Shown here: one piece after another, positions 1-13,053 of the stretch
How the letters are laid out: each line of letters starts with the position of its first letter
Position numbering within the stretch: position 1 is the stretch's first letter
Origin: Balanoglossus misakiensis
Lineage: Eukaryota > Animalia > Hemichordata
DNA: 64,000 bases
Direction of reading: 5' to 3'
Assembly (NCBI GenBank): GCA_040954595.2
Contig: CM082582.2
Location: 8,700,425-8,764,424 of the forward strand
Notes under the pieces: generated by a model
Told to the model about the DNA's origin: nothing
Database searches by the model: none
Seen by the model: only the letters and a program-made list of their open reading frames with translations
Made by a program: the position numbers and the translations under genes

Positions 1-2146
1 TCAAAACTAACCGTCGCAGCCTGGCTAGCTTCAGATTGATAAATACGAAGAGACCACCCAGAAGGCCACCTATCACACCCAAAATAATGGTTGGAATAAA
101 TAGGAAAATGTTCACGTCTAGACCGCTGCGGACCTGTGAATTTTGAAAAAAAAGGGAAATTACCAGAATAATAATTGATGAAACTTGTAAACCCCCCCCC
201 CCATTTTTCCATTAAACACAAGCAGAAAATACTAAATGGAAATGGCAGTAATATATTGTACCTGGAACATGATATTCTTCTCAGCGCTGAACATGCCAAA
301 ATTGCCCGTGTAATGGAAGGCAGTGAACGCTGAGTCAAAGAGATCAGTCGTGAACGTGGAGATGATGCAAGCGAAGAAGGTCATCCAGGATAATTTCAGA
401 TTCCAGAACGATGACACCTCTTCCATGGAGAACAGCAGACCGCCGATGGGAGCGCCGAATGCCGAAGCCACTCCTGCCGCGGCTCCGGCAGAAATAAAAT
501 TACGCCTACGGAGAGACGGATTCACACAGCACTTCAACAAACCATCATTTCCATACACGTCAGTTTATTCAAGATTATGAAAAGAAGTATCAAACCTCAG
601 AGAACTTATACAAGTAGCATTTTAGAGCTGATCTCAATCTGGCTGAGAAATTTTAACCTACCGATCTTCTGTGTTCCTAAACCTTGTAAAATATGGCAGT
701 CGGAAGCCTAGTGTGTCTGACTTGAACTGACTTAAACCAGCACCCACCAGAGCACTGAAACAACAAAAACACAGTGAGGGTTACACAAAGGCGTGTTGAC
801 AAATTAGGCTAGGGTGGAAAACGACAGACATTCACTGGTGCATTACCCAATGTGTATCATAGGACCCTCAGGCCCAACCGGCATACCGCTGCCCACGGCG
901 CACACACAGGACCAAATTTTGACCAGCAGGGTCTTGATGTTGAAGATGTGTCTCACTAGAGTGCCGTTCAGATATCCGATGAGCTCTGGGATGCCTGACC
1001 CAGCCGCTGCCGGCCTCAGGTACTGCAGGGGAGAGAAAGAGAAGTGAAGATGATCATTTAGTCTCAGACTGACATTTTGAGCCGTCCTTTGACAGATACA
1101 TGTCAATCATTAGATTGGCTAGATCAGCTTTGGTATTCTTCCAAGTTTTAAAGGCTAGAATATAAGTCAAATATTAGCAAGAAAATTCTGGCTGCATGAG
1201 TCATGTCTACAGCAAACAGAACACAAAATGGTTAGAGCTAAGCTTACAGAAGACAAGGATTTTGAAGGGGAAATCCTGGACAAATCATTTCTATTGTAGA
1301 TGATCAGTTAGATACTCACTACAACGGGAAGCGATGCAGCCAGTACAAAGATAAGACTGTATAAGAGTACAAAACCCCAGGCCATCAAAACCTCTCCATC
1401 CTATGAGAAAGAAAGAAAGATTAATCAATCAATCACTCAATCAATAAACAAACCATCCAACCAACCAACTACTGTCAGTCAGTCAGTCAGTGAACCTACC
1501 TGAATATATTCTTCTGCTTTATCCCATTTGAAATCAGCAATGACGTCAATGCACTGATGAATCAGAAATCCGATCATTCCAACAGTAAAACCGATCAGCC
1601 CCATCATCACCCATCGATCCCAATCCAATCTGTTGATACCAGAGAAAGGAAGCGTGAAAGTGAACCAACAATCAAAACAAAACAAAACAAACAAAATTTC
1701 AATAAGGAGAGAAGACCGATGTACGTTGCCATAGTAATAATGGCTGGGTTAAAAAAAAACTGTGTGAATATATATGTGAATCTTTTGCAAACTGTAGAAT
1801 TAATAACACACCTTGCAGGTTGCTTCCGGAGCCAGTTTTTGTAGGCCTGACTGTGAGGCGGCAGATAGTCGACGCTCTCGAACGACGCCAAGACGTCGCG
1901 CTCCTCCCTGGTGTACCTGTGGTTCACGTAGGCGCTCTCGTAGTCCCGTCCCTTGGTGAAGAACCCCGTCGGCTCGTCAGATTCCGTCGTGGTGCCGGCA
2001 TCTTCTTGTTGGCGAGCCCGCCCCACCGATCGGTAGCGTAACGTGCCGACGTCCGGTTCCACGGCCTCGATGGTTACGCCCCCTGCATCCGTGTCGTCGG
2101 CGGCAGCAGCGTCAGTGGTGGTAGGGCCACCGTCGTGGTTCGACAT
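1..2146 (-). CDS. CLC family chloride/proton antiporter (intracellular CLC-6/7- or ClC-C-like), 5' portion; 3' end lies outside the window
   Basis: In-frame GT-AG exons on minus strand: 2146-1812 (ATG after acceptor tttgcag|accATG; alternative in-frame ATG at 2182), 1629-1500, 1400-1320, 1022-847, 754-662, 505-262, 133-~12 or window edge. Spliced protein has [53 protein letters not shown] and [13 protein letters not shown], all CLC signature motifs. Confidence 0.95.
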
Positions 2147-4594
2147 GGTCTGCAAAGGAATATCGACGGGGCTTTTGGTCATTTGAAAACATTAATGCGG
2201 TGATAAGCCGTTCGATCTATTGTATTTCACCTGAAAAATGCGGAAGTGTTCCTACACATGGGGGTCCAAGGTTTTAGACAAAATACACTCAGCGGAGTCG
2301 CACTTGTATCTGTATAACCATGGCCCAGTGGCAATATATTTAGGGGCAAAGTCCAAGTCAGAGAGATATGATAGACTTTAATGATTGTTGTCGTCATGCT
2401 TGGCTCGTGAGGGCAGTTATTTCACACGAAGAGATATAGGAACGGCCGTAACATGGTCATCGATAGAAATAACTTATCCCAGGAAATGAAGTTTCTTCCC
2501 AAAGTTTGCATACAATTTTGGTAAGTACTGGCTACTGCTACCAATTAAAGCGATACAAAGTATGTATAGTGTACGGTCATTATCAAGATAATATGATACT
2601 GGAGGAGAACGCCTCATGATCATCATCGTTTGATTAATAATCTCTCGTGATATCAAAGATTAACCACATAATCCGGTATCATCTTTATCCAACACATGCA
2701 CAATATACACATCATCATACGATGAATCTTACCGGATTCGGATCTACTAGCTTTGCGTACGACATTGAATACTCGATTATTGTTGAGTAATTTTCTGATT
2801 AAATTTTCTTTTTCTCGACTCAGAACAAATCCGCCCCGTTTCCGCACGTTTCGGGAAACACCAGACTCCCCTCTCTCCTAACTCATCATATCCGTGTTTT
2901 GGTACACGCCATGTTGTGTCAAACAAGGTCAGGTCAGGTCAGATCAGGTCATAAACGACGCCCTCTCTCAAAAGGAAATAAATCTGTTATCCAACTTTCG
3001 TTTTCATACAGGTCGCCTGCTGCGTGGCATGGTAGCCCAGGTCTGCGGCCTCGAGGCCTCCACCGTGTAACGCCGGGAACACACAGACCTGTAAGTAGAG
3101 CTATCCAAGCTTCCTAAACGGCTTAACAGTAAAATTAACCGTACTGCAGTCTTGATTGATGAATAGAGGGTCACGTTATATTTTTCTTGTACGTTTCTTC
3201 TCGGTATATGGTGAGCGTCATAGAAAATGATGGCTCAGTCGCACGCGCTCCTTTATACGTGCACTTACAGAGGTGGTAGCGTAATAGCCTGTCTCCAGAT
3301 TCGATCTATGTCTGGTAAGTCTAGTGGTAAACAGTCTGATATCGTGTAAGGGGATATTCCTTGTATGGGAATTTCTAGGGCAGAGGTTCAAAACGAGCGT
3401 GCGTGGTTGAGCGCCATCTTACACCAACAGCAGAGAACACTATACCAAAACGTTTTCGTTCTCTGCCAAAATTGCAGCCGGAATTAACCACGCCGCATAT
3501 ATGTAAATACCATAAATTTGCATGGCTTAAAACTCATTTGCAAATTAGAAAGCTTACAAAATACAGCTGGCAAACGCAATCATTTTTTCCCTTAAATTAT
3601 ACGCAAACATACGGCCTAGTACATGTACTATGAGACACCTGTGATCCCAATTGCGCATCGTGTAGCTACGATAATTTCCCGAAAATCATACGAGTGAAAC
3701 TTGATTTAGTGCTTTTCTTTGTAACTGGCGCAGTCTGTTAGTAATTAGCGCATTTCTCATGAATTTGTGTTTCTTTGAGGGAAACCAGTCGAGTTGGTTA
3801 GCGCAATAAAGATGCGTTACAACCAGATCATACAGTATAGCTGCGCGTTCTCTGCAGTGGTGGGGCTGCGCAGTATAGTACTCCGTCAGTATCGTTGCGC
3901 AGGCTCGTCTTTCTAGGGTTCGTTGCTCCCCGGGCCCCTGGTGTGTTCTCGTGTTCACCCCAATGACACAGTCTTACATCTCTCTTAAATGAGGAACTGT
4001 AGAATGGCTTTATTAAAAAGGTTTGAACCAAGCATAGGGTTTTCGTTACGGTGTAAATGAAGTGTTATACACGCACCAGTTAATTGAAGCAAGGATGGAG
4101 TTGAACGCAAGCAGTAATGCACTCCGACGCGTATACATATACTGAGATTTACCGAGCACGTCCTTCTAGGGTTGTATCGCGGCGCATTTTATGCGTGTCC
4201 CCCAAGGATGCCAAGGGCAGCGTGCGCAGAAGCGCAAATTACCTGGGAGCGGTTGTCTATGTGACAAAGCCGCTGATGCGCACCTGATTTGCTGGGTAAA
4301 TTCCAGGGCATGGATATTCTCGGCGCACGATGTAAGCGTTCATATAGTGGCCTACAAACGCTGTCAAATTGGTACGGCACGAGTTGTAACGTCGGTTGCA
4401 ATTAAAGTGGGGCGCCCCGGGGCACATAAAGAGCTCGCAGGAATCCCGTCGACTTGAAATTGTTACATTCTAAATTTGGTTTCGCTTTCAATGTTAGTTT
4501 AATTTATATCCCGGGGTTTATAGTCTCGGCCTAACTATCTTAAACGGATGTCCTAAACGGCCGCCGTTTTTCCCTTATCTCGTACCCCGGAACG

Positions 4595-4665
4595 AGATTA
4601 TTGGTTTCTGCACGTTCAAATGCACATGATTGGCATTTACAAAGTACGCCGCGTGACGTCACGGG
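4595..4665 (-). promoter_or_regulatory. Candidate CLC promoter: two CCAAT boxes plus a full CRE
   Basis: ATTGG at 4600-4604 and 4629-4633 (CCAAT on minus), TGACGTCA at 4654-4661, CpG-rich context. A minus-strand donor (cag|gtaatt, exon end 4243) and the acceptor before 2149 could define a 5'UTR intron. Confidence 0.35.
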
Positions 4666-5046
4666 GACATTCTTTAACGACGCGAAGTCGATCTACCCTG
4701 GAAACGGTTTGCATCTATGTATTCCGCCTGTCACTGCTTTTTGCGAGCCAAAATAGAACAATTGCATTTTCTGTAATGGGATTCCGCAATTGATGAGAGT
4801 AATAAAATATTACTGCGTGTAACATTTACATTTCTCAGTCTTTTATCAGCAAGATCAAACTTCTCGGCGTGTAAATTGGGGGCCGTTTGAAGAGCAGGGG
4901 AAATAAGCCGTAAAAAAGAGTCGGTAGACTAAAAATTCTCCGTCGTCTATCTCCCCAGTCTCTGTCACATTGCTCTGCTGTCTCTTGGTGTGTTCATCGC
5001 TTTCTCTCTTCATCGCCCTTTCATCTCTGTCTGTCTGCAAGACCGA

Positions 5047-8000
5047 TCACTCACTCACTCACTCACTCACTCACTCACTCACTCACTCACTCACTCACTC
5101 ACTCACTCACTCACTCACCCACCCACCCACCCACCCACCCACCCACCCACCAACCCACCCACCCACCCACCCACCCACCCACCCACCCACCCACCCACCC
5201 ACCCACCCACCAACCCACCCACCAACCCATCCACCCACCAACCCATCCACCCACCCACCCACCCACCCACCCACCCACCCACCCACCCACCCATCCACCC
5301 ACCCATCCACATACCCACCCACCCACCCACCCAACCATCCACCCACCCACCCACCCACCAACCCATCCACCCACCAACCCATCCACCCACCAACCCATAC
5401 ACCCACCCACCCACCCACCCACCAACCCATCCACCCACCAACCCATACACCCACCCACCCAAACCCACCCACCCACCCATCCACCCACCCATCCACATAC
5501 CCACCCACCCACCCATCCACCCACCAACCCATCCACCCACCCACCCACCCACCCACCCACCAACCCACCCACCCACCAACCCATCCAGCCACCCAAACCC
5601 ACCCACCCACCCACCCACCAACCCAACCACCCACCCACCCACCCACCAACCCATCCACCCACCCACCCACCCACCCACCTACCCACCCACCCACCCACCC
5701 ACCCACCCACCCACCAACCCACCCATCCACCCACCCATCCACCCACCCATCCACCCAAACCCACCCACCCACCCACCCACCCACCAACCCACCCACCCAC
5801 CCACCAACCCAGCCGTCCACCCACCCACCCACCCACCCACCAACCCACCCATCCATCCACCCACCCACCCACCCATCCACCCACCCATCCACCCACCCAT
5901 CCACCCAAACCCACCGACCCACCCACCCACCGACCCACCCATCCACCCACCAACCCACCCACCCACCCACCAACCCACCCACCCACCCACCCACCAACCC
6001 ACCCACCAACCAACCCACCCACCCACCAACCCAACAACCCATCCAGCCACCAACCCACCCACCCACCCACCCACCCACCCATCCACCCACCCATCCACCC
6101 ACCCATCCACCCACCCACCCACCCACCAACCCAACAACCCATCCAGCCACCCACCCACCCACCCACCCACCCACCCACCCACAGACCCACCCACCCAACA
6201 ACCCATCCAGCCACCCACCCGCACACCCACCCACCCACCCACCCACCAACCCATCCACCCACCCAACCGCACACCCACCCACCCACCCACCCACCAACCC
6301 ATCCACCCACCCGCCCACCCACCAACCAACCCATCCACCCAAACCCATCCACCCACCCACCCACCCACCAACCCACCCATCCACCCACCAACCCACCCAT
6401 CCACCCATCAACCCACCAACCCATCAACCCACCCACCCACCCACCCACCCACCCACCCACCCACCAACCCATACACCCACCCACCCACCAACCAACCCAT
6501 CCACCCACCCACCCACCCACCCACCCATCCAGCCACCAACCCACCCACCCACCCACCCACCCATCCACCCACCCATCCACCCACCCACCCACCCACCAAC
6601 CCAACAACCCATCCAGCCACCCACCCACCCACCCACCCACCCACAGACCCACCCACCCACCCACCCACCCACCCACCCGCACACCCACCCACCCACCCAC
6701 CCACCAACCCATCCACCCACCCACCCACCCAACCACCCACCCACCCACCCGCACACCCACCAACCCACCCACCCACCCACCCACCAACCCACCCACCCAT
6801 CCATCCACCCACCAACCCACCCACCCACCCACCCAACCGCACACCCACCCACCCACCCACCCACCAACCCATCCACCCACCCGCCCACCCACCAACCAAC
6901 CCATCCACCCAAACCCATCCACCCACCCACCCACCCACCAACCCACCCATCCACCCACCAACCCACCCATCCACCCATCAACCCACCAACCCATCAACCC
7001 ACCCACCCACCCACCCACCCACCCACCCACCCACCCACCCACCCACCCACCAACCCATACACCAACCCATACACCCACCCACCCACCAACCAACCCATCC
7101 ACACACCCACCCACCCACCCACCCACCCACCCACCCACCCACCAACCCAACAACCCATCCAGCCACCCACCCACCCACCCACCCATACCCACCCACCCAT
7201 CCACCCACCCACCCACCAACCCACCCACCCACCCATCCACCCACCCATCCACCCACCCAAACCCACCCACCCACCCACCCACCCACCCACCCACCAACCA
7301 ACCCATCCACCCACCCACCGACCCACCCATCCACCCACCAACCCACCCACCCACCCACCCACCAACCCACCCACCCACCCACCAACCCACCCACCCACCC
7401 ACCAACCCATCCACCCACCCGCCCACCCACCAACCAACCCATCCACCCAAACCCATCCACCCACCCACCCACCCACCAACCCACCCATCCACCCACCAAC
7501 CCACCCATCCACCCATCAACCCACCAACCCATCAACCCACCCAACAACCCATCCAGCCACCCACCCACCCACCCACCCACCCACCCATCCACCCACCCAT
7601 ACCCACCCACCCATCCACCCACCCACCCACCAACCCACCCACCCACCCACCAACCCACCCATACACCCACCCACCCACCAACCAACCCATCCACCCAACC
7701 AACCCATCCACCCACCCACCGACCCACCGACCCATCCACCCACCGACCCACCCACCGACCCACCCACCCATCCACCCACCCATCCACCCACCCAAACCCA
7801 CCCACCCACCCACCCACCCACCCACCCACCAACCAACCCATCCACCCACCCACCGACCCACCCACCCACCGACCCACCCACCGACCCACCCACCCATCCA
7901 CCCACCCACCCACCCACCCATCCACCCAAACCCACCCACCCACCCACCGACCCACCCACCCACCCACCCACCCATCCACCCACCCACCCACCAATCCACC

Positions 8001-9852
8001 CACCCATCCACCCACCCATCCACCCAAACCCACCCACCCACCCACCCACCGACCCACCCATCCACCCACCAACCCACCCACCCACCCACCCACCCACCAA
8101 CCCACCCACCCACCCACCCACCAACCCACCCACCCACCCACCAACCAACCCACCCACCTACCAACCCAACAACCCATCCAGCCACCAACCCACCCACCCA
8201 CCCACCCACCCACCCATCCACCCACCCATCCACCCACCCATCCACCCACCCACCCACCCACCAACCCAACAACCCATCCAGCCACCCACCCACCCACCCA
8301 CCCACCCACAGACCCACCCACCCACCCACCCACCCACCCACCCGCACACCCACCCACCCACCCACCCACCAACCCATCCACCCACCCACCCACCCAACCA
8401 CCCACCCACCCACCCGCACACCCACCAACCCACCCACCCACCCACCAACCCACCCACCCACCCACCCACCAACCCATCCACCCACCCGCCCACCCACCAA
8501 CCAACCCATCCACCCAAACCCATCCACCCACCCACCAACCCACCCATCCACCCATCAACCCACCAACCCATCAACCCACCCACCCACCCACCCACCCACC
8601 CACCCACCCACCCACCCACCAACCCATACACCAACCCATACACCCACCCACCCACCAACCAACCCATCCACCCACCCACCCACCCACCCACCCACCCACC
8701 CACCCACCCACCCACCAACCCAACAACCCAACAACCCATCCAGCCACCCACCCACCCACCCACCCATACCCACCCACCCATCCACCCACCCACCCACCAA
8801 CCCACCCACCCACCCACCCACCAACCCACCCACCCACCCATCCACCCACCCATCCACCCACCCAAACCCACCCACCCACCCACCCATCCACCCACCCACC
8901 GACCCATCCACCCACCGACCCACCCACCGACCCACCCACCCATCCACCCACCCATCCACCCACCCATCCACCCAAACCCACCCACCCACCCACCGACCCA
9001 CCCACCCACCCACCCACCAACCCATCCACCCACCCACCCACCCATCCACCCACCCATCCACCCGCACACCCACCAACCCACCCACCGACCCACCAACCCA
9101 CCCACCCATCCATCCACCCACCAACCCACCCACCCACCAACCCACCCACCCACCCACCCACCCACCAACCCACCCACCCACCCATCCACCCACCCATCCA
9201 CCCAAACCCACCCACCCACCCACCCACCCACCCACCCACCCACCCACCCGCACACCCACCCACCCACCCACCAACCCACCCACCCACCAGCCCACCCACC
9301 CACCAACCCACCCACCCACCCACCCATCCACCCACCCATCCACCCACCCATCCACCCAAACCCACCCACCCACACACCCACCCACCCATCCACCCAAACC
9401 CACCCACCCACCAACCCATCCACCCACCAACCCATCCACCCACCCACCCACCCGCACACCCACCCAACCACCCACCCACCCACCAACCCATCCACCCACC
9501 CATCCACCCACCCATCCACCCACCCACCCACCCACCCACCCACCCACCCACCCACCCACCCACCCACCCACCCACCAACCCACCCACCAACCCACCCACC
9601 CACCCACCCACCCACCCACCCACCCACCCACCAACCCACCCATCCACCCACCAACCCACCCATCCACCCACCAACCCACCCATCCACCCACCCACCCACC
9701 CACCCATCCACCCACCAACCCATCAACCCACCCACCCACCCACCCACCCACCAACCCACCCACCCACCCACCCACTCACTCACTCACTCACTCACTCACT
9801 CACTCACTCACTCACTCACTCACTCACCTACTCACTCACTCACTCACTCACT
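5047..9852. repeat. Compound tetranucleotide satellite: (TCAC)18, ~4.65 kb degenerate (CCAC)n, then (TCAC)n
   Basis: Directly visible. Variant units CCAA/CCAT/CCGA/CCGC. Large internal duplications (6261-6430 = 6831-7000; ~6600-6780 = ~8265-8445). Followed by short (TCGC)n at ~9860-9875. Confidence 0.98.
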
Positions 9853-11093
9853 AGCTTGATCGCTCGCTCGCTCGCTTTCTGAATCCACATTTCTCAATAC
9901 CAATATCCAACCGCCTCTTTTTGATTGTCAATGCCTGTAAATGCAGACCCCCTCTGTATCGCTCTAGTGCGAAGATCAACACACCTCGTTATAAAAATGG
10001 AGTTTTCTGCGTCATTTATGACGTCGTTGCTCCCATTATTGAATCTCAGGCAATTTGAGAAAATGACACGCGAACGTGTGAAAGCAAATACTCCTGACAC
10101 GACAGTAAATTCTTTAGGTACAGGCGCCACGAAATCTGTAGTCATTTTTCTGAAACATGACAGAGGTTATCGAAATGTACACTCCTAATATTAGAAGACC
10201 GCTCGCAATGAATCGCGTGGAATTGGACCCAGATTTGTTTATACTCTTTGAGTTTATTGGAGGAAGAAAATCGAATGTTCACTGGCAACGGATGCTGAGA
10301 AAATCAACCGACAAATCGTCGCGCTTCTAAATTCTATTAGTGATTCATGCAAATACATGTAGACGGTGCATCCATGTACAATGTAAATAAGTTGCATCGA
10401 ACATGGGCGCAATCTGGCGACAAAATTTCCACCTGATGTAACAAGCCTCACCGCCCGGCGGGTCAAAGGTCACGATGCTTCACTAATAACTGGCAGGGCA
10501 CGTCCCAATTAACGGAGCTGCCAAATTGACAACGGTTTTATATCAATCTTAAGAAATAGAACTCAATTTTCACGAAATGCGCGGTTAAAAGAAACCACGA
10601 GAATTTCATCTAGATTAACAAACTCGTCCACTTTAAATTCTTTGACCTTTCGGAGCGCGGAGTTGTGTCTTCCCTCTAAAATTTAATAACTCAATATGCG
10701 CAGGGTCGCGCGATCGATCCATCTATGAGAAAGACGCGGGTCAGGTGTCTGTGTAGGGTCACGGGTTTGGAAATCTTGCTTTGTGAAAATAATAGCACAA
10801 ATTCTCCCGGGAATAAGAAGCGGCATGAACCACCTGCCGACCGCGCCACAATGCTCCTCAAAGAATTCGTGACGACACTTGACACTGAGAAAGCCTCTCA
10901 ATAGAAAAGAAGACCTCGATTTCTTTCATGTGCGGTCAGAAAACTTCGATATTTTTCTGTCGCTTCTAATTTTTTAATGAATGACTGCAGGGAAGACGGA
11001 CTGTTGGTTGCGTTTCCTCGCACGCGTGTGTTTATTGGAAATGCTTTGCTAGACCACATATCTGTAAAGACAAATTCAGATTTGACTCGCTAA

Positions 11094-11228
11094 GGGACTG
11101 GTCATTTTTCGGCCGGGGGGGGGGTGGATTCTATTTTGTGGATATCAAAAAGTGACTGACCCTGAACATGGAAAGTGGGTGACCCCCCATGAATCCACCG
11201 CCCCCGGCCGAAGAAACTGACCAGTCCC
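11094..11228. mobile_element. Non-autonomous MITE, PIF/Harbinger (Tourist)-like
   Basis: Imperfect ~40-48 bp terminal inverted repeats (GGGACTGGTCAtttttcGGCCGGGGG..GTGGATTC at 11094-11141; GAATCCAC.GCCCCCGGCCgaagaaacTGACCAGTCCC at 11191-11228) flanked by TAA on both sides (11091-11093, 11229-11231), the 3-bp TWA target duplication typical of PIF/Harbinger. Confidence 0.8.
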
Positions 11229-12957
11229 TAAATTTACTAGAAGATCATTTAGCGTTCAGATGCACTAGTCCTCAGCACGTTTTGATGGACATCGCTGTAT
11301 CATTTCGGTACCTGGTTTAATCGCACCGGCAATAAAGCCCCCGCCGCTCGTAGTAAAAGGTACCGAAGCGATAAAGTTTATCTTTCGGGAATGAATATAT
11401 AACGACGAACCTATCAGACAACTTAACTGGGAAGAGAGAGAGAGACGAAAAAACCCAAAGGGATGCTCTTTTCATTTACGAACTCGGACTCATCTACTGA
11501 CTTATCAACGAAGGGGATCTGAGGGCAACATTTTTGAAACGGTAATAAAAAAGCGCGTGTACGTCACGTTTTACATCACAGCGATAAAAGCTAAACACGT
11601 ACAGGGTTTAAATTTTGATTTAAGAGTATCAGAGCCCAAAACATGGATATTGTTTTGAATTTTAAAAAAGTTCATCTAACAGCTCGGTATGCAATTTCAA
11701 GAGGAAGGACGAGCTTATAATAAGATAGCATATGAAAATCGATAAGACTGGACCACAGCACAGGTTTAACACTGTATATACATTGCCGACAAATAAGCGA
11801 ATCGCTGCGTGATTTGTGCAAATCTGTGAAAAATGCCCAGGTGCTCAGCCGGGCAATGATGTAAGCTCCATCGGCGCGTGTCTAATACGCCGCAGAGGGC
11901 ACCTGGGAAACTCATTCTGAATCAGCGGATTGTTCTCGTGCGTTCCTGAAGCCGGGGACGAGGACTGCCTTGCAAACAGCCGCCGGGCAAGCTGCGATTT
12001 CGGCGGGTTTTTTTATTCGACGGTTTCTGTTCGATGTATGATGAACTCTCCTAATAAAGACCATGGTCACCCGAGGTTACCTTTAATTGATTTTATTTCT
12101 ACCGCGGGGAGATATATCCCCCCACACACAATTGCAAAACCGTGGAAATTCTATGAGCTAGGCAAACTGACTAAAAAAATCAGCTAGCTCGTTCGCCCGA
12201 AGAATGTTTTGATGCAAGGTCGCAAAAGGGTAGAAGTAATTGGCTTTGATGCCGTAAATTTAGCTAAATGTAAACTGAATACGTTTCGTTAAATTTTTTA
12301 CGACTTCTATTTTATTACGCGGCGGCCTATTTCTTTTAAAATCATAATGAAACCTTAAATGTTTTGGAATTCGTCACTTCGTGTGATCGATTCGATTTTA
12401 TGTAACCTCTGATTACTACGGGGGCATTACTGCACTAAGCTCTTATCTGCGCTAGGGACCGTCTCATCATCGCCGTGCGTGCGGTGCTAGCAGGCCAACA
12501 GACGTTGGTAAATCTCACGTGATCTTTTTATGACTTTGTGTGTTCACTGCAGTCTTAATTGCGCAGTTTGAGCGGCGGCTAGAATGTGACTCATATACGA
12601 CGAGAGATGAGAGATTTATCCCGTAATGAAATAGCCCACACTATCTGATAGCCCTCGGCGATCCGATAGCTCGCGCAGAGATCTCGAAAAATGCGAAGTA
12701 TCGCAGGAAAACCCGCACAGATTAGATAAAGGGCGAACACTATCGTGGCAAGACAAAATCGTCGATTCACACCGACAGCACCGTTCATGCGCAAAACGTC
12801 AAACTCGATTAATTTCGCATTTTGGACTGTTACTGCCGTAACTGTCGTCTGACAAGGCTCGGTGTATATGGTGTGTTGAAACACAGCAATTGACGGCACG
12901 ATATAGATTAGAACGGAGTTTACTATGTTATGTGTGTCTAGTCTATATGAAGGTGTG

Positions 12958-13053
12958 CCACATGGATACATACATACACCACATGGATACATACATACAC
13001 CACATGGATACATACATACACCACATGGATACATACATATACACCACATGGAT
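12958..13053. repeat. 21-bp minisatellite (CCACATGGATACATACATACA) x ~4.5
   Basis: Direct tandem copies at 12958, 12979, 13000, 13021 (2-bp insertion) and a partial copy at 13044. Confidence 0.92.

Noticed and set aside
4970-9882. 1629/1630-aa PTHP-rich ORFs and many GGWV ORFs on the minus strand
   Set aside because: All frames give the same tetrapeptide because the unit is 4 nt and stop-free. No ATG start for the plus-strand ORFs and no frame preference, so this is a satellite rather than an extensin or mucin gene.
9894-10149. 83-aa minus-strand ORF after a tttcag acceptor, phase-compatible with the 18173 microexon
   Set aside because: No recognisable protein features. Phase match has a 1-in-3 chance and a nearer terminal exon with a poly(A) signal exists.
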